Positions 1-15,667 of a stretch of 64,000 nt of DNA are shown piece after piece. This stretch comes from Mytilus trossulus (Eukaryota): the NCBI RefSeq assembly GCF_036588685.1, contig NC_086378.1, positions 33,852,001 through 33,916,000 on the forward strand, in the 5' to 3' direction. The stretch's first letter is position 1, and each line of letters starts with the position of its first letter. The notes below the pieces were generated by a model. That model was not told the origin of the DNA and ran no database searches. It saw only the letters and a list, made by a program, of their open reading frames with translations. The position numbers and the translations under genes are program-made.

Positions 1-120
1 AGAGAAAATAGTTGCGGATCAGGATCAGGGAAAACAAGAAAACGGTTGAAAAATTCATGAACATTAGAGAAAAGAATAGAAGTGGGAGCAAGCTTTGATT
101 TCAAGATTTTGTTTAAAACG

Positions 121-179
121 ATGTACAACAAATCTAAGATTCTTTTTGAAAAATGTTGGTGGCCCTGAAAAGGGCCGTT
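121..179 (-). promoter_or_regulatory. H4 3'-end processing signal: histone stem-loop (161-176), purine-rich downstream element and conserved TTGTTGTACAT (121-131); recurs in each unit
   Basis: Sense sequence AAC GGCCCTTTTCAGGGCC ACCAA CATTTTTC AAAAAGAA TCTTAGAT TTGTTGTACAT; canonical 6-bp stem, 4-nt loop SLBP site. Confidence 0.95.
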
Positions 180-202
180 GTTGATATTAGCTGGGTGGCT
201 GT

Positions 203-520
<318 letters not shown>

Positions 521-568
521 CTATTTGTGGTGATTAGTTAAATAATACTTTCCGTCTAACAGCGACTC

Positions 569-705
569 TTTATATATCACCAACGCGGCCGTAAAAGAAG
601 TATCACACATTTTCAGTTAACTGTTGTCTGATTGGCTTACGTTGTTTTATTCCGGGAGGTAACTCTGTACTGCCTTAAACTGTGTACACTTTCAATCCAC
701 TTTTT
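569..705 (-). promoter_or_regulatory. H4 promoter: TATATAAA (569-576), CCAAT box GCCAATCAG (core 631-635), distal oppositely oriented TTTCAATCC (690-698); recurs in each unit
   Basis: Motifs read directly upstream of the H4 ATG at 514. Confidence 0.75.
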
Positions 706-2113
706 CATTCTAGGTCTGAAAAATATAATAATTCATATCAGACAGTAAATTTTTAAGAAAAAACTATAATTGAACAGAAAAAAACTTTCAATCGGAATAA
801 AAATGACTGCAGGAGACAAAAAAAGTTCCAAAATGTTGAAAAGTTTTCATTTTAAGATAGAAAAGTATGATAAATAAATGATAAATGAAAATCACTTTAG
901 ACAGTCAAAATTATAAAGATAATTATTTGCTTTCTCTGAACAGACATTTTTATTCAATGTCAATACACATTTCAACTTAATGGAATGGAATTTAGTTGGG
1001 GAAAAAATAAACCTCACAGACATATCTAGGAATACTGGTTATCTATTTGTCTATTTCATGTACCCAGAAATTGGATACATCACAGGATTTTACATGCTTG
1101 CAGTTTTCTACCTGTCTTTCATAACTCAACATCATCTGTCAAAGCTGTGCTTGCCATCCATCAAAGATCTGCTGCAGGTACTTCAGATCATAAATGAGAG
1201 AATGTATGAATAAAACTGTTATTGTTATTACTATTAAAGAATATTTTTTTTAGGTATTACAGTGAAGAAAAGAGATGCCCCTGACTGCGGGTAAAACTTC
1301 TTATGTGTGCATCTTCCTTTCAATTTTATTTTTAAACGCCATTCTATATTTATCCACAGTATGACGATGACAATTTCATCAGCCAATCCAATAAAAATGT
1401 TAATGCGCACACATGTACTTACTATTCTGAAGACATCTTTTAGCCAGAAAAGTTTATAATAAGTCTGAAAACTACTTTTTATCATATAAAAAAGCTTATA
1501 AGTGCAAGATATATGCTTACATGGACTTCCTACAGTGAAATTTTGTGGGGACTACTTGGACCCGTACCGAAATTATATTAATTTAAATAGAAATTTCATG
1601 ATTTTGTAAACTAGCAGCAAGACAAGACTCTAAAGTGGACAAAATATATTACTACATACATGATAAAAAAATTCTTTACAATTCTGACTGAAAAAGAGCT
1701 CTAAATTTTTGATAAAAGTACCCTGTAATATCAGCTTTTCTAAAAGAAATATACAAATTTAATGATTTATACAAGATATTTAAACTCTAACTTAAAAAAA
1801 AAGGTTATATTTTGGCCAGTTGGTGGTTCTCTTTCTTTGGTCTAGACTACTGGTGTAAATAATACATCAAAAGAAGACAAGAAAAAACAAGCGAAGAAAA
1901 GAAAAGAACAGAAGTACAGATAGAAACATTCATATGTTGATCTTTTTTTATATAATGTACTATTTAATATTCTACACACAAGGACATACATGTACCATGA
2001 TAAACAAACACCCCCCTTTTTTTTGTGATGAGACTTGCGTGTATATATATATCATAAAATTTATTTTTTGTCTATGTATTGCTTTGCATATAGATGGATT
2101 CAACAAGAAGAAA

Positions 2114-2118
<5 letters not shown>

Positions 2119-2148
<30 letters not shown>
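2119..2148. repeat. (GA)15 microsatellite downstream of the H3 3' end; 13-16 repeats across units
   Basis: Counted directly in unit 1; other units deduced from H4-to-H3 distances of 1752-1758 bp. Confidence 0.97.
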
Positions 2149-2151
<3 letters not shown>

Positions 2152-2185
2152 GGAAAAGAGGGGTTCAGCTATGTTTCTAATTTTC

Positions 2186-2244
2186 ATGTACAACAATTTA
2201 TAGATTCTTTTTGAAAAATATTGGTGGCCCTGAAAAGGGCCGTT
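2186..2244 (-). promoter_or_regulatory. H3 3'-end processing signal: stem-loop (2226-2241), downstream element and TTGTTGTACAT (2186-2196); recurs in each unit
   Basis: Sense sequence AAC GGCCCTTTTCAGGGCC ACCAA TATTTTTC AAAAAGAA TCTATAAA TTGTTGTACAT. Confidence 0.95.
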
Positions 2245-2270
2245 ATGTTTTGGTGAAAAAATCACACTTC

Positions 2271-2917
<647 letters not shown>

Positions 2918-3259
2918 AATGCCCCCTTTTTTCATTCAAAATTACAGTTTCTGATCATCATCCCTCATTGCTCAACAATAGTAAATTAGTGTCACGGTTT
3001 CAATATGATAAATCTGAAGAAGAAAAAAATAATAATGAAAAAAGGTCAAAATACATGCAGAAACATTAAGGAAAGGAAAGAAAAATAAAACAGGAAAAAA
3101 TAAAAATAAAATGCAGTTTGAACACTAACAAAGCGAAATAAGAAATGCAAAAACAGAAACAAATGGAATTACACATTCCCGACATGACATTGTACGGATC
3201 GGCTGAGTTTCTCTATTGTTGTATTATGTCATATTTATGTATATTTAATATAAAAAAAG

Positions 3260-3343
3260 AAGATGTGGTATGATTTTCATTTGGGCTGGGCACATTTGTC
3301 ACATTGTCTGATTGTCGGTGTGCTTACATCGATTCCACATCTT
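3260..3343. mobile_element. Possible degenerate foldback or MITE-like remnant with imperfect terminal inverted repeats; recurs in each unit
   Basis: AAGATGTGGTATGAT (3260-3274) versus ATCGATTCCACATCTT (3328-3343); 9-bp perfect core AAGATGTGG/CCACATCTT; no clear target-site duplication. Confidence 0.35.
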
Positions 3344-3876
3344 TAATACACAAACAATAAATAAATAAAGACAGAAAGACAGAGAGAGATGCCGAAAAAA
3401 AATGGAAAAAGGAAAAGAATGGAAAGTACATATCATATATAAAAGTGTTGACGAAAGAGATACTGTTAACAAAAACTATAAATAATTATAATAATTAAAA
3501 AACACACACCTTCTCATATGAATCTAAGCATGCTCGCATCAATAACCAAGAGAGAGAAAGAAGAGAGCAGACTAGTATTAAATATAAATGCTATCAGTGG
3601 TTTTTTTTTTCCCCCGACAAACTTTTTATGATTTAACTGAGCTACTAGTGGGTTCAGAGTCAGAAATTACGACAATAAATGTTCTCATGAAGAAGACTGA
3701 AAAAGTTACTAGACTTAGTGTTATGCTATAAGAACTGTACTTAAATGGGATGCGTTAGAGAGAGAAGAAAAGAAGAATGACGGAAGAAGGGACATTTATA
3801 TTTTAGACATTTTTTATTTGTTATGTAGTAGAATATATTTTTTTTAATTATGTATGGGGAATAAAGTATTACTAAG

Positions 3877-3934
3877 ATGTACAACAATTTTAGACTCTTT
3901 TTGAAAAATATTGGTGGCCCTGAAAAGGGCCGTT
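3877..3934 (-). promoter_or_regulatory. H2A 3'-end processing signal: stem-loop (3916-3931), downstream element and TTGTTGTACAT (3877-3887); recurs in each unit
   Basis: Sense sequence AAC GGCCCTTTTCAGGGCC ACCAA TATTTTTC AAAAAGAG TCTAAAA TTGTTGTACAT. Confidence 0.95.
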
Positions 3935-3964
3935 GTTAAGTGAGTAATCTGATATATCCACTTT

Positions 3965-4618
<654 letters not shown>

Positions 4619-4993
4619 ATGCCACCCAAAGTAGGAACTAAAGGAGCCAAGAAGGCCGTCACCAAGGCAAAGACTGCCAGACCCGGCGGTGACAAGAAAA
4701 GGAGGAGGAAGAGACGTGAATCCTATGCTATCTACATCTACAAAGTCTTGAGACAAGTTCACCCCGACACCGGAGTGTCCTCAAAGGCAATGTCCATCAT
4801 GAACAGCTTCGTCAACGATATCTTCGAGAGAATCGCAGCAGAGGCTTCCCGATTGGCACACTACAACAAAAGATCTACCATCACATCTCGGGAGATCCAG
4901 ACCGCTGTCCGTCTTCTCTTACCCGGAGAATTGGCCAAGCACGCTGTCAGTGAAGGTACCAAAGCCGTCACTAAATACACCAGCAGCAAGTAA
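4619..4993 (+). CDS. H2B: Histone H2B (copy 1)
   Basis: 124 aa from ATG 4619, [12 protein letters not shown]...[21 protein letters not shown]...AVTKYTSSK; the track's TTG start at 4571 is only 5 nt after the TATA box. Confidence 0.98.
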   Translation: MPPKVGTKGAKKAVTKAKTARPGGDKKRRRKRRESYAIYIYKVLRQVHPDTGVSSKAMSIMNSFVNDIFERIAAEASRLAHYNKRSTITSREIQTAVRLLLPGELAKHAVSEGTKAVTKYTSSK

Positions 4994-5018
4994 ACAGTCT
5001 GAAGTTTATAACTTCACA

Positions 5019-5076
5019 AACGGCCCTTTTCAGGGCCACCAACATTTTTCAAAAAGAATTTACAATTGTTGTACAT
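5019..5076 (+). promoter_or_regulatory. H2B 3'-end processing signal: stem-loop (5022-5037), downstream element AAAAAGAA (5051-5058) and TTGTTGTACAT (5066-5076); recurs in each unit
   Basis: AAC GGCCCTTTTCAGGGCC ACCAA CATTTTTC AAAAAGAA TTTACAA TTGTTGTACAT. Confidence 0.95.
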
Positions 5077-5440
5077 CATGTCAAACTTCTAAACAAAGCT
5101 ATAAATCCCAACCCCCAGCTATAACTACTTTCAAACTATTTCAATAGTATATGGTTACTTTTCTCTTCTTTCTATCTGTATAACAAATATGTGTATTTCA
5201 CTCATTCTGTAGTATTTAATTTGTCAAAACTACAAAGCGTAAATACATAAATCATGAAGAACAAAACAGTGCTTTCATTCCAATTAATAGAGTTGATAAA
5301 TTTACGATTTCTTTTGCTTTTCGAGAGAGAAAAAAATATTGCGAGAATTATTTTACACGGAAACAAGAACATTACCTAATCTTAAACCACGCAAAAACTC
5401 TATAATTGAATATAACAGAATCTACAGATTTTGTGTGTAA

Positions 5441-5498
5441 AAGTCCGTGCATTTTGTTTTGAAATTTTCTCTCTTTATGTAGGCAAATGCACGGACTT
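5441..5498. repeat. Perfect 14-bp inverted repeat with a 30-bp spacer; recurs in each unit
   Basis: AAGTCCGTGCATTT (5441-5454) and AAATGCACGGACTT (5485-5498). Confidence 0.9.
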
Positions 5499-5599
5499 GT
5501 TGATCTTTGAACGTATTCATAAACCTTCAGAAATATAAATTCTCAAATAAATACAAGAGTAAGAGTAAGGAAGTTAATTAAAAAGAAAGCCAGATATTT

Positions 5600-5664
5600 A
5601 AAAAAAAAAAGGGGGGGGGGGGGGGGGGGGGGGTAATAGCGAGAGAGAGAGAGAGAGAGAGAGA
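5600..5664. repeat. Compound purine tract A11-G23-TAATAGC-(GA)12; the G run is 22-27 nt across units
   Basis: Counted directly at each unit junction. Confidence 0.97.
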
Positions 5665-5861
5665 AAATAGTTGCGGATCAGGATCAGGGAAAACAAGAAA
5701 ACGGTTGAAAAATTCATGAACATTAGAGAAAAGAATAGAAGTGGGAGCAAGCTTTGATTTCAAGATTTTGTTTAAAACGATGTACAACAAATCTAAGATT
5801 CTTTTTGAAAAATGTTGGTGGCCCTGAAAAGGGCCGTTGTTGATATTAGCTGGGTGGCTGT

Positions 5862-6179
<318 letters not shown>

Positions 6180-7771
6180 CTATTTGTGGTGATTAGTTAA
6201 ATAATACTTTCCGTCTAACAGCGACTCTTTATATATCACCAACGCGGCCGTAAAAGAAGTATCACACATTTTCAGTTAACTGTTGTCTGATTGGCTTACG
6301 TTGTTTTATTCCGGGAGGTAACTCTGTACTGCCTTAAACTGTGTACACTTTCAATCCACTTTTTCATTCTAGGTCTGAAAAATATAATAATTCATATCAG
6401 ACAGTAAATTTTTAAGAAAAAACTATAATTGAACAGAAAAAAACTTTCAATCGGAATAAAAATGACTGCAGGAGACAAAAAAAGTTCCAAAATGTTGAAA
6501 AGTTTTCATTTTAAGATAGAAAAGTATGATAAATAAATGATAAATGAAAATCACTTTAGACAGTCAAAATTATAAAGATAATTATTTGCTTTCTCTGAAC
6601 AGACATTTTTATTCAATGTCAATACACATTTCAACTTAATGGAATGGAATTTAGTTGGGGAAAAAATAAACCTCACAGACATATCTAGGAATACTGGTTA
6701 TCTATTTGTCTATTTCATGTACCCAGAAATTGGATACATCACAGGATTTTACATGCTTGCAGTTTTCTACCTGTCTTTCATAACTCAACATCATCTGTCA
6801 AAGCTGTGCTTGCCATCCATCAAAGATCTGCTGCAGGTACTTCAGATCATAAATGAGAGAATGTATGAATAAAACTGTTATTGTTATTACTATTAAAGAA
6901 TATTTTTTTTAGGTATTACAGTGAAGAAAAGAGATGCCCCTGACTGCGGGTAAAACTTCTTATGTGTGCATCTTCCTTTCAATTTTATTTTTAAACGCCA
7001 TTCTATATTTATCCACAGTATGACGATGACAATTTCATCAGCCAATCCAATAAAAATGTTAATGCGCACACATGTACTTACTATTCTGAAGACATCTTTT
7101 AGCCAGAAAAGTTTATAATAAGTCTGAAAACTACTTTTTATCATATAAAAAAGCTTATAAGTGCAAGATATATGCTTACATGGACTTCCTACAGTGAAAT
7201 TTTGTGGGGACTACTTGGACCCGTACCGAAATTATATTAATTTAAATAGAAATTTCATGATTTTGTAAACTAGCAGCAAGACAAGACTCTAAAGTGGACA
7301 AAATATATTACTACATACATGATAAAAAAATTCTTTACAATTCTGACTGAAAAAGAGCTCTAAATTTTTGATAAAAGTACCCTGTAATATCAGCTTTTCT
7401 AAAAGAAATATACAAATTAATGATTTATACAAGATATTTAAACTCTAACTTAAAAAAAAAGGTTATATTTTGGCCAGTTGGTGGTTCTCTTTCTTTGGTC
7501 TAGACTACTGGTGTAAATAATACATCAAAAGAAGACAAGAAAAAACAAGCGAAGAAAAGAAAAGAACAGAAGTACAGATAGAAACATTCATATGTTGATC
7601 TTTTTTTATATAATGTACTATTTAATATTCTACACACAAGGACATACATGTACCATGATAAACAAACACCCCCCTTTTTTTTGTGATGAGACTTGCGTGT
7701 ATATATATATCATAAAATTTATTTTTTGTCTATGTATTGCTTTGCATATAGATGGATTCAACAAGAAGAAA

Positions 7772-7809
<38 letters not shown>

Positions 7810-7928
7810 GGAAAAGAGGGGTTCAGCTATGTTTCTAATTTTCATGTACAACAATTTATAGATTCTTTTTGAAAAATATTGGTGGCCCTGAAAAGGGCCG
7901 TTATGTTTTGGTGAAAAAATCACACTTC

Positions 7929-8444
<516 letters not shown>

Positions 8445-9622
8445 TCACCACTTACATAAAGCTGGCGTTGATTGGTCCGCATATCTTAAATCTGATTGGA
8501 CTGATTTGTAAGGGACTTTGACAGTTTTCAATCCAGTTTTTACTGAAAAACTGCTCAACCCAAGCTGACAGTAAAAATGCCCCCTTTTTTCATTCAAAAT
8601 TACAGTTTCTGATCATCATCCCTCATTGCTCAACAATAGTAAATTAGTGTCACGGTTTCAATATGATAAATCTGAAGAAGAAAAAAATAATAATGAAAAA
8701 AGGTCAAAATACATGCAGAAACATTAAGGAAAGGAAAGAAAAATAAAACAGGAAAAAATAAAAATAAAATGCAGTTTGAACACTAACAAAGCGAAATAAG
8801 AAATGCAAAAACAGAAACAAATGGAATTACACATTCCCGACATGACATTGTACGGATCGGCTGAGTTTCTCTATTGTTGTATTATGTCATATTTATGTAT
8901 ATTTAATATAAAAAAAGAAGATGTGGTATGATTTTCATTTGGGCTGGGCACATTTGTCACATTGTCTGATTGTCGGTGTGCTTACATCGATTCCACATCT
9001 TTAATACACAAACAATAAATAAATAAAGACAGAAAGACAGAGAGAGATGCCGAAAAAAAATGGAAAAAGGAAAAGAATGGAAAGTACATATCATATATAA
9101 AAGTGTTGACGAAAGAGATACTGTTAACAAAAACTATAAATAATTATAATAATTAAAAAACACACACCTTCTCATATGAATCTAAGCATGCTCGCATCAA
9201 TAACCAAGAGAGAGAAAGAAGAGAGCAGACTAGTATTAAATATAAATGCTATCAGTGGTTTTTTTTTTCCCCCGACAAACTTTTTATGATTTAACTGAGC
9301 TACTAGTGGGTTCAGAGTCAGAAATTACGACAATAAATGTTCTCATGAAGAAGACTGAAAAAGTTACTAGACTTAGTGTTATGCTATAAGAACTGTACTT
9401 AAATGGGATGCGTTAGAGAGAGAAGAAAAGAAGAATGACGGAAGAAGGGACATTTATATTTTAGACATTTTTTATTTGTTATGTAGTAGAATATATTTTT
9501 TTTAATTATGTATGGGGAATAAAGTATTACTAAGATGTACAACAATTTTAGACTCTTTTTGAAAAATATTGGTGGCCCTGAAAAGGGCCGTTGTTAAGTG
9601 AGTAATCTGATATATCCACTTT

Positions 9623-10006
<384 letters not shown>

Positions 10007-10276
10007 CTATTTGGTTGATCGACACTGAGTAAAGTGATACAATTTTTCTTCAAAATTTAGCTTATATACCCACTAAACGGATTGAACGATGTTTTTATTA
10101 TACACCAATCAGAACGAAGCTCTCTGCGGGCAGTTAGGCTACCGAACATTCAACATGTTATGGGTGCTCTCTCCGAGGTTCGCGTTCAATAAAATCTTTC
10201 AATCCGTTTTGCCCAGTATATAAACAAATTGAAAATAATTTTTCACCATTACTTATTTGATTATCAAACCAGTAAC

Positions 10277-10651
10277 ATGCCACCCAAAGTAGGAACTAAA
10301 GGAGCCAAGAAGGCCGTCACCAAGGCAAAGACTGCCAGACCCGGCGGTGACAAGAAAAGGAGGAGGAAGAGACGTGAATCCTATGCTATCTACATCTACA
10401 AAGTCTTGAGACAAGTTCACCCCGACACCGGAGTGTCCTCAAAGGCAATGTCCATCATGAACAGCTTCGTCAACGATATCTTCGAGAGAATCGCAGCAGA
10501 GGCTTCCCGATTGGCACACTACAACAAAAGATCTACCATCACATCTCGGGAGATCCAGACCGCTGTCCGTCTTCTCTTACCCGGAGAATTGGCCAAGCAC
10601 GCTGTCAGTGAAGGTACCAAAGCCGTCACTAAATACACCAGCAGCAAGTAA
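10277..10651 (+). CDS. H2B: Histone H2B (copy 2)
   Basis: Protein identical to copy 1; start set at the MPPK ATG. Confidence 0.98.
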   Translation: MPPKVGTKGAKKAVTKAKTARPGGDKKRRRKRRESYAIYIYKVLRQVHPDTGVSSKAMSIMNSFVNDIFERIAAEASRLAHYNKRSTITSREIQTAVRLLLPGELAKHAVSEGTKAVTKYTSSK

Positions 10652-11520
10652 ACAGTCTGAAGTTTATAACTTCACAAACGGCCCTTTTCAGGGCCACCAA
10701 CATTTTTCAAAAAGAATTTACAATTGTTGTACATCATGTCAAACTTCTAAACAAAGCTATAAATCCCAACCCCCAGCTATAACTACTTTCAAACTATTTC
10801 AATAGTATATGGTTACTTTTCTCTTCTTTCTATCTGTATAACAAATATGTGTATTTCACTCATTCTGTAGTATTTAATTTGTCAAAACTACAAAGCGTAA
10901 ATACATAAATCATGAAGAACAAAACAGTGCTTTCATTCCAATTAATAGAGTTGATAAATTTACGATTTCTTTTGCTTTTCGAGAGAGAAAAAAATATTGC
11001 GAGAATTATTTTACACGGAAACAAGAACATTACCTAATCTTAAACCACGCAAAAACTCTATAATTGAATATAACAGAATCTACAGATTTTGTGTGTAAAA
11101 GTCCGTGCATTTTGTTTTGAAATTTTCTCTCTTTATGTAGGCAAATGCACGGACTTGTTGATCTTTGAACGTATTCATAAACCTTCAGAAATATAAATTC
11201 TCAAATAAATACAAGAGTAAGAGTAAGGAAGTTAATTAAAAAGAAAGCCAGATATTTAAAAAAAAAAAGGGGGGGGGGGGGGGGGGGGGGGGTAATAGCG
11301 AGAGAGAGAGAGAGAGAGAGAGAAAATAGTTGCGGATCAGGATCAGGGAAAACAAGAAAACGGTTGAAAAATTCATGAACATTAGAGAAAAGAATAGAAG
11401 TGGGAGCAAGCTTTGATTTCAAGATTTTGTTTAAAACGATGTACAACAAATCTAAGATTCTTTTTGAAAAATGTTGGTGGCCCTGAAAAGGGCCGTTGTT
11501 GATATTAGCTGGGTGGCTGT

Positions 11521-11838
<318 letters not shown>

Positions 11839-13430
11839 CTATTTGTGGTGATTAGTTAAATAATACTTTCCGTCTAACAGCGACTCTTTATATATCACCA
11901 ACGCGGCCGTAAAAGAAGTATCACACATTTTCAGTTAACTGTTGTCTGATTGGCTTACGTTGTTTTATTCCGGGAGGTAACTCTGTACTGCCTTAAACTG
12001 TGTACACTTTCAATCCACTTTTTCATTCTAGGTCTGAAAAATATAATAATTCATATCAGACAGTAAATTTTTAAGAAAAAACTATAATTGAACAGAAAAA
12101 AACTTTCAATCGGAATAAAAATGACTGCAGGAGACAAAAAAAGTTCCAAAATGTTGAAAAGTTTTCATTTTAAGATAGAAAAGTATGATAAATAAATGAT
12201 AAATGAAAATCACTTTAGACAGTCAAAATTATAAAGATAATTATTTGCTTTCTCTGAACAGACATTTTTATTCAATGTCAATACACATTTCAACTTAATG
12301 GAATGGAATTTAGTTGGGGAAAAAATAAACCTCACAGACATATCTAGGAATACTGGTTATCTATTTGTCTATTTCATGTACCCAGAAATTGGATACATCA
12401 CAGGATTTTACATGCTTGCAGTTTTCTACCTGTCTTTCATAACTCAACATCATCTGTCAAAGCTGTGCTTGCCATCCATCAAAGATCTGCTGCAGGTACT
12501 TCAGATCATAAATGAGAGAATGTATGAATAAAACTGTTATTGTTATTACTATTAAAGAATATTTTTTTTAGGTATTACAGTGAAGAAAAGAGATGCCCCT
12601 GACTGCGGGTAAAACTTCTTATGTGTGCATCTTCCTTTCAATTTTATTTTTAAACGCCATTCTATATTTATCCACAGTATGACGATGACAATTTCATCAG
12701 CCAATCCAATAAAAATGTTAATGCGCACACATGTACTTACTATTCTGAAGACATCTTTTAGCCAGAAAAGTTTATAATAAGTCTGAAAACTACTTTTTAT
12801 CATATAAAAAAGCTTATAAGTGCAAGATATATGCTTACATGGACTTCCTACAGTGAAATTTTGTGGGGACTACTTGGACCCGTACCGAAATTATATTAAT
12901 TTAAATAGAAATTTCATGATTTTGTAAACTAGCAGCAAGACAAGACTCTAAAGTGGACAAAATATATTACTACATACATGATAAAAAAATTCTTTACAAT
13001 TCTGACTGAAAAAGAGCTCTAAATTTTTGATAAAAGTACCCTGTAATATCAGCTTTTCTAAAAGAAATATACAAATTAATGATTTATACAAGATATTTAA
13101 ACTCTAACTTAAAAAAAAAGGTTATATTTTGGCCAGTTGGTGGTTCTCTTTCTTTGGTCTAGACTACTGGTGTAAATAATACATCAAAAGAAGACAAGAA
13201 AAAACAAGCGAAGAAAAGAAAAGAACAGAAGTACAGATAGAAACATTCATATGTTGATCTTTTTTTATATAATGTACTATTTAATATTCTACACACAAGG
13301 ACATACATGTACCATGATAAACAAACACCCCCCTTTTTTTTGTGATGAGACTTGCGTGTATATATATATCATAAAATTTATTTTTTGTCTATGTATTGCT
13401 TTGCATATAGATGGATTCAACAAGAAGAAA

Positions 13431-13470
<40 letters not shown>

Positions 13471-13589
13471 GGAAAAGAGGGGTTCAGCTATGTTTCTAAT
13501 TTTCATGTACAACAATTTATAGATTCTTTTTGAAAAATATTGGTGGCCCTGAAAAGGGCCGTTATGTTTTGGTGAAAAAATCACACTTC

Positions 13590-14105
<516 letters not shown>

Positions 14106-15283
14106 TCACCACTTACATAAAGCTGGCGTTGATTGGTCCGCATATCTTAAATCTGATTGGACTGATTTGTAAGGGACTTTGACAGTTTTCAATCCAGTTT
14201 TTACTGAAAAACTGCTCAACCCAAGCTGACAGTAAAAATGCCCCCTTTTTTCATTCAAAATTACAGTTTCTGATCATCATCCCTCATTGCTCAACAATAG
14301 TAAATTAGTGTCACGGTTTCAATATGATAAATCTGAAGAAGAAAAAAATAATAATGAAAAAAGGTCAAAATACATGCAGAAACATTAAGGAAAGGAAAGA
14401 AAAATAAAACAGGAAAAAATAAAAATAAAATGCAGTTTGAACACTAACAAAGCGAAATAAGAAATGCAAAAACAGAAACAAATGGAATTACACATTCCCG
14501 ACATGACATTGTACGGATCGGCTGAGTTTCTCTATTGTTGTATTATGTCATATTTATGTATATTTAATATAAAAAAAGAAGATGTGGTATGATTTTCATT
14601 TGGGCTGGGCACATTTGTCACATTGTCTGATTGTCGGTGTGCTTACATCGATTCCACATCTTTAATACACAAACAATAAATAAATAAAGACAGAAAGACA
14701 GAGAGAGATGCCGAAAAAAAATGGAAAAAGGAAAAGAATGGAAAGTACATATCATATATAAAAGTGTTGACGAAAGAGATACTGTTAACAAAAACTATAA
14801 ATAATTATAATAATTAAAAAACACACACCTTCTCATATGAATCTAAGCATGCTCGCATCAATAACCAAGAGAGAGAAAGAAGAGAGCAGACTAGTATTAA
14901 ATATAAATGCTATCAGTGGTTTTTTTTTTCCCCCGACAAACTTTTTATGATTTAACTGAGCTACTAGTGGGTTCAGAGTCAGAAATTACGACAATAAATG
15001 TTCTCATGAAGAAGACTGAAAAAGTTACTAGACTTAGTGTTATGCTATAAGAACTGTACTTAAATGGGATGCGTTAGAGAGAGAAGAAAAGAAGAATGAC
15101 GGAAGAAGGGACATTTATATTTTAGACATTTTTTATTTGTTATGTAGTAGAATATATTTTTTTTAATTATGTATGGGGAATAAAGTATTACTAAGATGTA
15201 CAACAATTTTAGACTCTTTTTGAAAAATATTGGTGGCCCTGAAAAGGGCCGTTGTTAAGTGAGTAATCTGATATATCCACTTT

Positions 15284-15667
<384 letters not shown>

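Noticed and set aside
980-1485. Unspliced 77-aa (+) and 83-aa (-) spacer ORFs repeated in every unit
   Set aside because: No recognisable domain and no histone stem-loop. Recurrence reflects array identity, not selection. Only the spliced hypothesis is kept as a finding.
1551-1570. ACTACTTGGACCCGTACCG resembles the 5S rRNA internal control region (TACTTGGA)
   Set aside because: Only about 8 nt match and no flanking 5S sequence; an Infernal 5S search would settle it.
3184-3232. ATGACAT...ATGTCAT inverted repeat
   Set aside because: Only 7 bp perfect with a long spacer; compatible with chance.
5578-5790. SLSL/poly-Pro ORFs, plus the ORFs overlapping the H2A and H2B ends
   Set aside because: Translations of (GA)n and G-run tracts or of 3' signal sequence; the tract-derived ORFs frameshift between units.
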